64,000 nt of DNA from Hormiphora californensis (lineage: Eukaryota; Animalia; Ctenophora). The stretch spans positions 8,432,001 to 8,496,000 of the forward strand of contig CM035350.1 of the NCBI GenBank assembly GCA_020137815.1, given 5' to 3'. A model generated the notes under the pieces. It was not told the origin of the DNA. It saw only the letters and a list, made by a program, of their open reading frames with translations, and searched no databases. Both the position numbers and the translations under genes were made by a program. Shown piece after piece: positions 41,186 through 53,953 of this stretch (position 1 is the first letter of the stretch; the number at the start of each line of letters is the position of its first letter).

Positions 41186-44100
41186 AATTGAGTACTACTG
41201 AAATGTGACAGATGTGTGCTACAAATATAGAGCAACAATAAAACCTGAGCTGTACACTGCTAACTTTATATAATTAGTAATTAGGGTGTGTGCTACCATG
41301 CTGATAGAAAACTGTTACTTTTACTGCTTTTGTGCCTGTCTGGATAGTGCAGCGTGAACACAGGTCACAGGAATTTTTCACATTCCACCAACAGTGCTCA
41401 ATCGGGATCCCGGATATAAGTGATAACAAAGAGAATCAAGTTTATTTCAGATTGAACAAATGTTTCCATGGCACTAGCACCATCTCATCAGTAATTAACA
41501 AACTGAAAGCAATATAGACACGTGTGTTCGCCTACAAAACTATCAAATTATTCAGGAATTAATTAAATAGTTTCTGTTCCTTATAGATCAGCTCGTTTCC
41601 TCAATCCTAAAGGAAAACAGCAAGTCCTTTATAAATGAAGGAGCCAGTTAAATTTTTGTCGAGTCGCCAATTAACTGACACGGTGACGAAAAAATCTGCC
41701 GGATTTAGAACTCAAGTCTCCCCTCTCTCTCTCTCCCTTGTTCTAATTCTCTCCTCCAAATAACACTCTGCAATTATCTTTTCCAGATTTAGGCCCTTTG
41801 GTCCTCTATGCGGTTAACCGTTCCTGGCAGGGTTCCCCTCAAATTTGTAATATTTACTATTTTCAGCCTTGTAGGTTATTTAAACTTATGATAATTGTGT
41901 CACAAATAAGTGTCCTAATTACAGATGAAAAATTACTATTCCTAAAATCAAATGTACAAAAATCGTACGGGGGACAAATCGGGCTTCACCAGATGGTGGG
42001 ATGCGAGAGAAGGGACAGAAAACCGCAAATTTAGCATTGTAGAGTTTGTGGTTTAGCAATTTCAGTTTAGAGAGAGGGGGTGAGCGATCGAGTACACATG
42101 TGTGTGAATGAGATACACACGTGTCCTTCAATTCGGTACTTGGAATTGCTTGTAAGGGCTGAACCACCGAAGATTATGTAACTAAGGGGGTCAATAAATG
42201 TGTCACGTGCAGGAGACAACGAGATACTAAGAGGTAACAGCAGGGAGAGGGAAACTAAGAGAGGGAAAGGTGAGGTATACTACTAAGAGCCGATGCATGA
42301 CCGGTATTATAACAAGCGTCAACAACTTATACAATTTGAATTATGACGACCATTCGATATATTAGCTGACACATAGCTGACACTGGGAATACGTAGCTTC
42401 AAAACTCGATAAACAAAATCTCGATCCCCCAATTGACACTTTAACAATGAACAAATGAGACAAATACAGAGGAGGAGGCGATATGTAGTGTATATCAAGC
42501 AAGCAGGCATCGCACGACGCACACATCTCTCTCCAAACCCCGGGAAACTGCGGGATCTCCGTTGACCAATCCGTATAATACTGATCACGACTTGGAGCAG
42601 TATATTAGATAGGTGTGGGGGCCATATAATGAATGATATAAATCAAGTGTGTGTGATGTCTGAAAGTTCTAAATATTGTTTCACATGTAGAAACACTGGC
42701 TAGTCAATGTCACGTGGTCACATCACGTGTCTATAATCATGGCACAATCCTTTCCATTACACGTGACTACCCGTGTGACGCGAGAAGAAACTCTCTGCCT
42801 GGCTATCGTAAACAAACAACCCATCTCAAGGAGGGGTAGCTCCCCCACCCACCTAGCGAGGGAGGGAGGAGTATAGCAGCACTATACTCTTTAGACAGTC
42901 AATACTAGCCCAAACCTTATTACTAGGTTGATTAAAGCTCGAGTAAGGGCTAGATTAAAGGGAACTAGTTTATTATTGACCCCTCTAGGAATAGTTAGAT
43001 CCAATAGTTAGATCCAGGCAATAAGACAACAAATCGTCCACCCGTAAATGTCAACTCCCAGTATTCCGCAATAACAACAAAAACCGATGGAGAAACAACT
43101 GCAGGCTGAGGTGGAGCGAGAGAGAGAGAGAGAAAGAGGTTGCAAAGGGACATTAAAAGTCCCCTTCTAGTTGTAAACTAAACACTGCACTTGATGGATG
43201 TAAGCCTGACACTAAAACGACTGTGGGAATAATAATGGGATGAATAATGTGATTAATAAGAGGATTTTTTTGTAGGGCACATATCCCAAATTAGGCTTTC
43301 GTATAACTTTTCATTGGGCTATACGACGTAATAGAGTCTGAATCTAGCCACAAAATAGAGTCTAGAACCAGCTAAAACGAAATTTGGAGGAAGATAAAAC
43401 TACTAACCGATCACTCAAATAACATAATAAGGCAACAAGGACCCCAGGTCACACTCTCGACTAGTCTGGCACATTCTATTTGGCCGCCGAGAAATTATAT
43501 TTCGCATTCCCCATAAAATACAAAATAAATCCCCATTATAATATTCAACTTGTATTTCAAAGCTGTCAAGTCTTTCCTATCACGTTGAGTTGAGAAACGT
43601 GATTACCACATGTGTAGTAAAGAAGACAATACTAGATTGTGTAACTGTTCGATAGATCGAGGGGGGGGGGGACATGTTAGCTGGTCGGATCGCGGGTAAC
43701 TATTGCTGTTATGGGGGAGAGATCAGACTGTCACTTGCCGGGCATGAAAAGCACTTTCCTACTATCTATTATATGCTAGTAAACACCGCTTATTCTTAAT
43801 AATATGGCGTCATGATATGCCAACTGAGCTGCTGTAAAACGTGCAGCAGGGAGAGACTTTATCATGAAAGTTCCGAGAATACGTTATTTGTATCTACATT
43901 AACATTCTAGAAATAACTGTTACGAAGTCCCCCCCCCCCCACCCGCGTCTAACAATAGCTCTTGGTGAAATTCCCCCACGCCCTGCATGCTGGAATGTTA
44001 GGGAGATTAGTAATATGGCGACACCGACTAGTAACATAATATTGCATGGACGACTAGAATAAGCTTCTCCAGTCTAAACTAGGACGACTAGAATAAGCTT

Positions 44101-44312
44101 CTAAACTTGGATTAGGGCTGTCGGGTCAGTGATCTAACAACAACAGCAAATACACTAACATCGTCTCTCCCGATTTCTTTTTACAATCTTTCTACCTCTC
44201 CGTCTGAACGGGAGGCTAGAGAACGAATCAGAGGTCGCTGGTTCTTGAAAAACGATTAGCAAACCACAAAGACATGTATTTCCGCACTCCATGCCAATAT
44301 ATCTCTCCCTCG

Positions 44313-44446
<134 letters not shown>

Positions 44447-45006
44447 CACATGATGGCACACAAGTCCGAAGAATTTGTCAAATCTACCGCCCAGCAAGAG
44501 GGAGTGGTAAAGGAAATAGAACACTATCAAAGTGACTGAACTAAAGTGCAACATAGGACGATACTTTTGTACCCATCTCTCTTCCCCCGTCATCTCTCTC
44601 GCTCTGCCCAATTGAGACCCAATAACAAGATGACAAGCGGCGCTCTGGAGAGACGTGTCCCCCTGAGGGCTCGCATGACAGGTGCCCCTATCACGTGACT
44701 AACCAGGGTTCTAACACGTGACCTGATTACCCCCCGTTACACTTCCATTGCTCAGTATGCAAGAGCTACCCCAAGCTAGCACGACAAACGGTCCATATGA
44801 TTCCGTGAGCTCTGTTTCTGCACACTTACAAATAAAGAATTCGAATATTCAACAGAACAAGGTTTATAATTTTCATTCAAATTGGGGGTTTTACTTTCTC
44901 TGGGAGCGAAGGAAATCTCTAATGCCATTGTGAATCATGTCCCTTGTTAGTTGAGTGGGCCTGAACTTGCCACAGTACCTCACTGAGCCCTGAGGGGGTG
45001 ATTGGA

Positions 45007-45764
45007 TTATTGGTAGGGGACCTGCTGCAGTTCAACTCTTGGTATATTGAAAAGGGCACTGATTAACAGTGTAGTACCAATATCATATGGATCAATACTG
45101 TCTCACAATAAACTCTCAGACATATTGTACAGTTCTCTATAATAGAGACAGATAGTTCTGTTTGGCAGACCCCTATAGTAGTGCGCCCACTGCCCAGATC
45201 GGGTCGGTGTTGCCAAACAGATAGAGCTCTAAACATCTAAATCATTTTACTTACGTTAAGAACTTCAGAGATGGTATTGTAAAACTGGATGTAGTCTTTG
45301 GAAGGGGACACATTGTTCAACAGATACTCAACTGCATTTACCTTAGCGTCAACTGTGGAAGGATGATGTGATTTGACGGGAAATATCATACATTTACAAT
45401 TAGGCAAACCTCTCAACCAATCAAATATGCACACAAAAATGAATGAATTGGCACCCTATTTCAGAAACTACTTGTTCATAACCCAATCCTAGGATTTATC
45501 TTTTTCGACACATACCCTTATCTTCCTCGTCTTGACATTGTCCACAGGACTTTTTGCAGTGGTACAGCATGTAGTTAGGATTCTTCCGACACTCTCCCCG
45601 ACTAGCCCAGTACACACATTGCTGCGTGAGATTGGGGTTGTTATCGGAGCTGCAGCAGCAGTGAGTGGTGACTGGTGTGTACAGCTGTGTCTTGCTTTTA
45701 TAGTATTAGTAGCAGCTAGCTCAGAAGAGAGAGAAAAAAGAGAGAGACTAGAGAGAGAGAAAGA

Positions 45765-45813
<49 letters not shown>

Positions 45814-48580
45814 GTACAGAGAGAAGCTAGGTAGCTCTCTTCTGTTTCGCTGTTAGTTGATACCGAGATAGTATCTCAGATGCCGGTTGGCCTACTATAG
45901 GTTGCAAGGTTGGTAAGTGGAACTTCTAACCTCAGAGTTCTCAGTATCAATACCATTACCGCATAGTGGTACTGAGCGCAGGAGTAGTAGGAAATTCAGA
46001 ACCTGTTTTACCTCGTTTTTTAATTGTATTGGTTATCTATGACTTGCTCAGTTTCAACTCACCTTGGCAACATTTCTATCGTCTTCACACAACTCTGAAA
46101 CGTGATCACGTTTAGACGGTGTGATTATTAGATCCCTCGAACTACTCAGTACATATCTTACTCCAGTATATTGCAATGGAACAATTCATAACCTCATCAT
46201 GATATCATCCATGTCTAATTGGAGTCTGGAGAAGGGGAGCGGAGAACGGAGGTGAGAGACAGAGGGGCCGAGAGAGGGAGAGGAGAACGGATGCTTATAG
46301 TGATAGACTGAGAGAGAGCTCAACCTCTCTTCTAGAATTCTATTTATTACCTCGTTTGACAATTGATTCTAGGATTGGTGCCATATCCAACTGGGTCAAT
46401 TTTTTGAAGGCTCTGAAAAAGTTAAGAAAACTGACATGTGGGGTTATCCTTCTCATATCACAGGATATTCTTTTCCATAAAGCGGTAAAAGTACAACTAT
46501 CAAATGTTCCATAACACCACGTACGCTAGGAAGTTGTCCAGGGTAATATCAGTATCAGAGTCCAGATAGAGTTTGTTGGAATATTTCCCCAGATTCAAGT
46601 CTCCCTCCCCAGTAATGCTGTAGTTGAGCCCTGCCTCCATGTATATTTTCTCAGGGGTAAGGCTCAGAAAGGGTGCCTTGCTGTTCACGATACTGGCCTT
46701 GAGAGGAGCTGCTATACCCGCCTGGGGTACATGCAGGAGTTATGGAGGGGGAGGGGTCAGTTTGGATGTGACTCACAAGTCACATTACAAGCTCAGATAT
46801 TGTACAACTCTCAAATCTGGTGAACATATTCTATGTACTAAACTGAAGTCACATACCGGGGCAAAGTCAGCAGCATCGATTGTGGTAGAAAGAGCCCCAG
46901 GTGCCATGAATGTTCCTAGAAGGGTGTTGAGAAGGAAGTCTGACATCCACACACAACACTGACCCGTGCTGCCCCTTCTTGGGATACTCTGTTCCTTGAA
47001 CTGCCAGTCAATGTCACCAGTGAGGGGCTGAACTGCCGCCTGAAGGATGGAATACAATTCGAATAAGCTTCCAATGGAAATTGGTTTAAAACGAAGCATT
47101 GTGCTTTTGGAACTCTCAAAGTTATTACAACTTTACTTACAAAGTAGGCAGTGGTAAGTTGGGTGGAGTCAACGTTGGCGTAGCCTGGTTTAAAATGAAT
47201 CTTCGCCTTGGTTCCAACGTTATACCAATCTGAGTTGTACATGGTTACAGTTACCATGGTTACTATTATGGTTGTCATGGTTGGTAACGAAGTTACCCCT
47301 CTGTCGAGGCATTGCGATAGTAAGGCACGTTTTAGCGTGTCCGCAATGTAGGGGGAACTGCGTTACCAATTGTCATGGTTAGTGTTACTTGTAGACCTAC
47401 CCGGCATATCTCCTAGTGCTTTATTAATTGCTGGAACCCCACTGTCTCTTAGGGCATCACACAGCATCCCTCGTGCCATGTCTCTTATCGTTCCCTTCAG
47501 TACACCCAGAATGAAGTTCAGAAGGGGGCTAAGGGTAACCGAGTTAGGGCCGGGCAATCAAGGTTGGTGGAGTAAGATGGCTAAAAATGGGAGTTGAACA
47601 GTTTGGAAAAGTGAACTCGCTAGAAAAGATAGTCTGAACGAGTCGATTACTTGTAAAGGTTGATATTAAGATCGGCAATGTAGACGTTACAGCTTTGCAG
47701 TGACACGCTCTTCACCTTGTTGTAATCTGAGGAGTTTGGGGATCCGAATAGAGATCATTTATGGGCAAAATGAATAGAACAATTCTTTAAAGGAGAGAAA
47801 TCCAAATTGTTTGTGTCACTTGATCGATGACACATCAGTGATGTACTTACGGAAATTAAGAGTAGCATCAAGACCAAAGTTTGAGGCGGTTATCTCCGCG
47901 TTTCCTGCAACTCCGATACTGAAAAGTGAAAGATAGAATAATAAAACATACTTGTGGAGCTGAATTAGATGTGAGGCGCCCATGACAGCTCAGTGCTCAC
48001 TGAGATTAAGAATCTTACATATTTTGTACCCAGAACTTTCCTCCGACCACGAAGTTGTTGTTGAAAAGTTTCAATCTCAGACCGTTATTCTGGAAGTTCA
48101 CTGTTGACTGTCCTATCTTAGAGCGCTTCAAGACCAAACTGGTGGAGATTGTTACTGTCAGAAATGTGTACATGAAGAATAAAGATTGGACTTAATTTGT
48201 GTTTTGGTGCAGCAGTGCAGCACAGGCGGTATCACTATCAATCTTGTGAAAAGTGACAAAGATTTCTCTCACCTATGTAGCCTGAAGTTGCTTCCCTTTG
48301 CCTCAGGGAGAGGGAACCGTTGAAGTTCAGCTTCTATAACTGGAATAGTTCCTCTTATCTCGTTATTAACTGCATGCAGATGTGTTAGATATGTTCCCCG
48401 ATTTAGGACTCTTGTTGGTTAGTGTTACGAAGTCACCCCTATTACCAAGGACTCTTGTACCCATGAAGACTTACTATAGTCGATTGCAGTCTGTGATATT
48501 TTAACCTGGACCGTTTCATGATTCAAAACCCCTAGCACCGGTGAGGGAACTATAAGAGCAAGGAAACAAAGAAGAATCAT
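45007..48580 (-). CDS. BPI/LBP/PLTP-family secreted lipid-binding protein, many exons, with a probable C-terminal ShK domain; 3' exon structure uncertain
   Basis: Signal peptide MILLCFLALIVPSPVLG; VQVKISQTAIDY; SCNVYIADLNI and MLCDAL (conserved disulfide Cys); CVWMSDFLLNT; ShK exon 45684-45516. Confidence 0.75.
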
Positions 48581-49850
48581 CTTTGAGATCTTTTCAAAAT
48601 GTCTCCATTTCTCCTTTTGTTCTAACTAATCTTATCGTGGCATTCAAAATTCGTTTAACTTCTTTTAGCGTAACTGAATTTGACATGTGCAGGCAGCGCC
48701 AGATGGTGTCATGGTCTGAATAAGAGGCTCCTCCCTCTTGATCAACATCTTCATCAGCAACTTAATGATGATGCAATACTTGATTCCAATATAGTTCACC
48801 CCAAAGATGCATTTCTCCCAATACCAAATCTCACAATGACCACTTAGTAAATAGGTAGACAGTTATTTGATCTCTAAAACTATGGTCTTTGGAGGACAAT
48901 TCATACCCCAAGAAATGGACTATGGACCTCTTTTCAATAAATCAAGAACTCTACGTTTTAGTAATCTCACGAGGCGCATCTTTCCTGACTGACACAACCG
49001 AATTTAGTGGTGGTTCTCACATTCAATAAAATCGGATCCAAGTTCTCAGGATAACCGATATTTTATGCGGTCCAAGCAACCACATTCTACCAACCCTATT
49101 GGACTAATAATAATATGGGAATTATTGTCTCTGATCATCTCAATCTCTCATTCCTTAATTCGACTTTGTGGTATTAATCGATGCATATAATGGACCGCTT
49201 ACGAATAGAATTAATCTGAGAAAGAATCTCAGAAGTCCATGATACCACTCCGCGATCTAGTCTCTCATCTCATCCCTCATTATCGGACGTCTCTATCGAA
49301 TCATTGTTTTTATTGTGCCAATCGATCAGCCTAATTTCCGCTTTCTACTTGTATACAGAGGGAAGCAAGAGAGAACAAGCTCAGAGAGAAAGAGAGTTTC
49401 AGATCGTTATTGGGATGCACTACAGTTATAAGACTCATTACTACAGTACTCCACAGTCGACCACACCCACCCTTCGAAAACAAACTCATAACGCGACACT
49501 GTTTTGATATCACTGCATTCAGCATTGGTCTATGATGTCTTCGATCTAATGTCCACTAGTCTCAAACCCCATACTCATTACTCAAAGTAACATATTTGTG
49601 CGATCACAGAAATTATCCTAAACGTCTCGCCCTAAGATTCTTAGCGGCTGTCTCATTGACCTCGGCCTATTCGTCCAATGCAGCAGCATGGTCCATTATT
49701 TTCTAAGGATAGAAATTAGAAAATCAAGTAGCCTATGACAATTTAGTTCTTGATGTGCTCTCGATTCGAGTTTACAATCCACTTTTAGTAATTTTAGTTG
49801 TCTATTCCATGCCTGATAAACCCACTGACCCCTCTCTTCCCTTATAGAAA

Positions 49851-51443
49851 ATGAAATCCGTCCTTCTCGTGCTGTTCCTAATCCCCTGTGTGGCTGGTTC
49901 AGCCATCACAAAACACCAAGACGATGATGATCACCATGATAGAGAGTCTGAACACCACCATCATGACGGTGATATGATGTACCATGGACATGATGATGAT
50001 GATGATGACTACCATTTTGGGCATGATGATGATGATGATGATGATAATCACCAGCACCACGACAAAAAGAGGCACGCTGCTCAACACCAGGAGGCTGATC
50101 ACCATCACCACGACAAAAAGAGGCACGCTGCTCAACACCAGGAGGCTGATCACCAGCACCACGACAAAAAGAGGCACGCTGCTCAACACCAGGAGGCTGA
50201 TCACCAGCACCACGACAAAAAGAGGCACGCTGCTCAACACCAGGAGGCTGATCACCATCACCACGACAAAAAGAGGCACGCTGCTCAACACCAGGAGGAG
50301 GCTGATCACCAGCACCACGACAAAAAGAGGCACGCTGCTCAACACCAGGAGGCTGATCACCAGCACCACGACAAAAAGAGGCACGCTGCTCAACACCAGG
50401 AGGAGGCTGATCACCAGCACCACGACAAAAAGAGGCACGCTGCTCAACACCAGGAGGAGGCTGATCACCAGCACCACGACAAAAAGAGGCACGCTGCTCA
50501 ACACCAGGAGGAGGCTGATCACCAGCACCACGACAAAAAGAGGCACGCTGCTCAACACCAGGAGGCTGATCACCAGCACCACGACAAAAAGAGGCACGCT
50601 GCTCAACACCAGGAGGAGGCTGATCACCAGCACCACGACAAAAAGAGGCACGCTGCTCAACACCAGGAGGCTGATCACCAGCACCACGACAAAAAGAGGC
50701 ACGCTGCTCAACACCAGGAGGAGGCTGGTCACCAGCACCACGACAAAAAGAGGCACGCTGCTCAACACCAGGAGGCTGATCACCAGCACCACGACAAAAA
50801 GAGGCACGCTGCTCAACACCAGGAGGCTGATCACCAGCACCACGACAAAAAGAGGCACGCTGCTCAACACCAGGAGGAGGCTGATCACCAGCACCACGAC
50901 AAAAAGAGGCACGCTGCTCAACACCAGGAGGAGGCTGATCACCAGCACCACGACAAAAAGAGGCACGCTGCTCAACACCAGGAGGAGGCTGATCACCAGC
51001 ACCACGACACAAAGAGGCACGCTGCTCAACACCAGGAGGCTGATCACCAGCACCACGACAAAAAGAGGCACGCTGCTCAACACCAGGAGGAGGCTGATCA
51101 CCAGCACCACGACAAAAAGAGGCACGCTGCTCAACACCAGGAGGAGGCTGATCACCAGCACCACGACAAAAAGAGGCACGCTGCTCAACACCAGGAGGAG
51201 GCTGATCACCAGCACCACGACAAAAAGAGGCACGCTGCTCAACACCAGGAGGCTGATCACCAGCACCACGACAAAAAGAGGCACGCTGCTCAACACCAGG
51301 AGGCTGATCACCAGCACCACGACAAAAAGAGGCACGCTGCTCATCACCAGGAGGCTGATCACCAGCACCACGACAAAAAGAGGCACGCTGCTCAACACCA
51401 GGAAGCTGATCACCAGCACGAGAGAAAACACCACGATGACTAA
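49851..51443 (+). CDS. Secreted His/Asp-rich tandem-repeat polyprotein with dibasic cleavage sites, 530 aa, prohormone-like
   Basis: Signal peptide MKSVLLVLFLIPCVAG; acidic His-rich leader; 25 units HAAQHQE(E)ADHQHHD-K/TKR plus one terminal unit; 51/54-bp DNA repeats; acceptor cttcccttatag just before the ATG. Confidence 0.85.
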   Translation: MKSVLLVLFLIPCVAGSAITKHQDDDDHHDRESEHHHHDGDMMYHGHDDDDDDYHFGHDDDDDDDNHQHHDKKRHAAQHQEADHHHHDKKRHAAQHQEADHQHHDKKRHAAQHQEADHQHHDKKRHAAQHQEADHHHHDKKRHAAQHQEEADHQHHDKKRHAAQHQEADHQHHDKKRHAAQHQEEADHQHHDKKRHAAQHQEEADHQHHDKKRHAAQHQEEADHQHHDKKRHAAQHQEADHQHHDKKRHAAQHQEEADHQHHDKKRHAAQHQEADHQHHDKKRHAAQHQEEAGHQHHDKKRHAAQHQEADHQHHDKKRHAAQHQEADHQHHDKKRHAAQHQEEADHQHHDKKRHAAQHQEEADHQHHDKKRHAAQHQEEADHQHHDTKRHAAQHQEADHQHHDKKRHAAQHQEEADHQHHDKKRHAAQHQEEADHQHHDKKRHAAQHQEEADHQHHDKKRHAAQHQEADHQHHDKKRHAAQHQEADHQHHDKKRHAAHHQEADHQHHDKKRHAAQHQEADHQHERKHHDD

Positions 51444-51681
51444 AGTACTTTCTTACTCATACCCCGAAAATACTCATACCCCGAAAATAGAGATAGCCTT
51501 TATGTGTAAATGATAATGTTCCAAGTTTATTCTAGATGAGTGCTATATATTAATTCATGTTATTTTGTTGTATTTTGATCATTTTGAACGAATTGAGATG
51601 ACTACAGTATTTTACAATTTGAAAACTAATGTATCAAAACAAACATTTGTCACACACAAAACTAAGCTCTATAAACTCATT

Positions 51682-53816
51682 TTAAGCTTTCAAGGAAAGC
51701 CCTCTTTTGATGCAACTTCTCAGTTCATCAACACCATTATAAAATGGCATTGGTTTTGTCTCTGTGTTAAAGTACACTCTCTGATTAAACCGGACCGATT
51801 TAGAGGGTGATATTGTTAGAGACCCCAACCCAGGTCGATATATCTGTTCTTCGTCTCCATCGACCGACTGAACAGATAAATCTAGAGGCTCCTCTTCTTG
51901 ATCCCCCTCTGGTGACTCTATCTCAGGGGACTTGACATTAGTGCTGCTGACCTCAGAGAATCCAGAGTCCGGGGTCGGGGTGTCAGGTTCTGGGTTAACC
52001 TTGAAATAGTTATCCACCTTCACCACAAACGGTTCTGCTGATGAATGCTTGGGAACAGTGCTCACCACTGCGCTGTGCTTCTTTCGTTTCCTAGGACGGA
52101 GAACTTTCGGTTGGGCTAGTTTAGAGATCCGATCGTGAATCTCCTGCTCCCGGATTAGCCGGACTTGTTTGACAAGTGGTATTGGAGGCTGGAAATCAAC
52201 TGCTTTGGGTGTGGCAGAGAGCAGAGGTTGTTGTTGGGGGGAGGGACTATCACGTGATCGAGTCTGGCCCATAATATCACGTGCTGTTAGGGTCCTCCGG
52301 AGCTCCTGGATCTTCTTAACTCTCTCAAACTGGACTCGAGGGCTGCCTCCTGGGCTTACTGGTCTGGGGATAGTAACAGAGAGTTTCTCTGAGCATTTTT
52401 TAGACATCTGTGATCTATGGAAACTAGGAACGGGAGGGGAAGGGTCGATACACCGCATCGATTTAGCTCGAACAGCACAGTTAGTTGGTAATTTAGGTGG
52501 AGAGACACCCTTTCTTTTAGTCCAGGATTTATACGCATTTTCAACTTTCTCTGAGCGACGTATTTCGGAGTATTTCCGTATTTCTGTCTCCAAAAGTTTC
52601 TTGTGCTCTGCGACCCACTTTCTTCTCTCTCGCTCCTCCTCTCTCTTCTTTTCGAACCACATCACGTTCTGCAGATACTTAGAGCACGCCGTATGTCCCC
52701 AAACCTGCGAAAAAATGGAGGATTAACGGTGGTTGTTCGTCAACCATGATCATGATCGATCATGAAAACAGAAATGGTGATTATTTTAGACGTTCTGAAC
52801 CATGATTTTCCCACGATCCGCGCGGAGTTGTGTGCTTTTATCACAGCAGCATACTCGCGCGCTCCGTATAACATCCCTCGGACCACAACAAGTCCGAGTC
52901 TGCTGCCTTCAGCAGAACCTCGCAGTAGATTGATTAAACTCGTGTGTATACTCATTTCAGGTACCTTGGAGACATCTAGTGGGAGGAGGCCACGTTTGTC
53001 AGTACACGTCACGCTCGCACCATGTTTCACTAGGCTGGTAAGACACTGAAGGTTGTTCGCTGATACTGCCTGGTGGACACTGCTGATACCCATATCGTTC
53101 ACTCTGTTGGGAGATGGTTGTGGTTAGGGAAATTTAGTCATCAGTGATCGTTATATTAGTTTCTGGATTTATACTGTGACTCGCAGTCTGTGAGTGTGAT
53201 TCTGGAAATTGATACGGTGATGGAGTGGACGGCGTTTCGGTGTTATTTGTGTTTGTGATAAATCATAAAAGGGAATTGATGCTTGTTGAAATTTTATAAT
53301 AACTCCACGCGATCGAGAACTGTATCGACACCGCCTTCCAGATATCAGTCATCAGATAATACGATCTACATGGCAATCATTTTAGGAGCTCTAGCTATTT
53401 TCCATTATCCACTTGTTCCGCAACATATACATTATGTACTCGTCCAAATCTCACCCCCCCCTATAATCTATGTCTGCCCCTCCCCTCATCCATATCTAGA
53501 CCCCCTGGCCTCTTCACGTCATATATCATATACCTGTTTACGTCAGCGCCATTCGAAAGCAAGTAATTAACGCAGTCGAGTGCAGCCGTCTCGGGGCGAG
53601 CTCTGCTTGCGAGATGAAGAGGGGTCCAACCTGCAATAAAGGTACATTCTTAAAGACATGCACAGAAAGGTCAGGGTCTGAATAGAAAATGAAATGGGAT
53701 ATTCGAGGTGTTACACCTAGAATCTAACGTGCTTGCCAGCATTTTACAGACCATACAGTATGTTGTATTACAATGTGGCCAAGCTGACACATGTAATGCA
53801 ATACCACGGCCTCCTA

Positions 53817-53867
<51 letters not shown>

Positions 53868-53872
53868 TCACT

Positions 53873-53905
<33 letters not shown>

Positions 53906-53907
53906 CC

Positions 53908-53953
<46 letters not shown>

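Noticed and set aside
49899-51513. Long antisense and alternative-frame ORFs (511, 368 and 509 aa) over the His-rich gene
   Set aside because: By-products of a stop-free repeat whose length is a multiple of 3; only the 49851 frame has an acceptor, ATG and signal peptide
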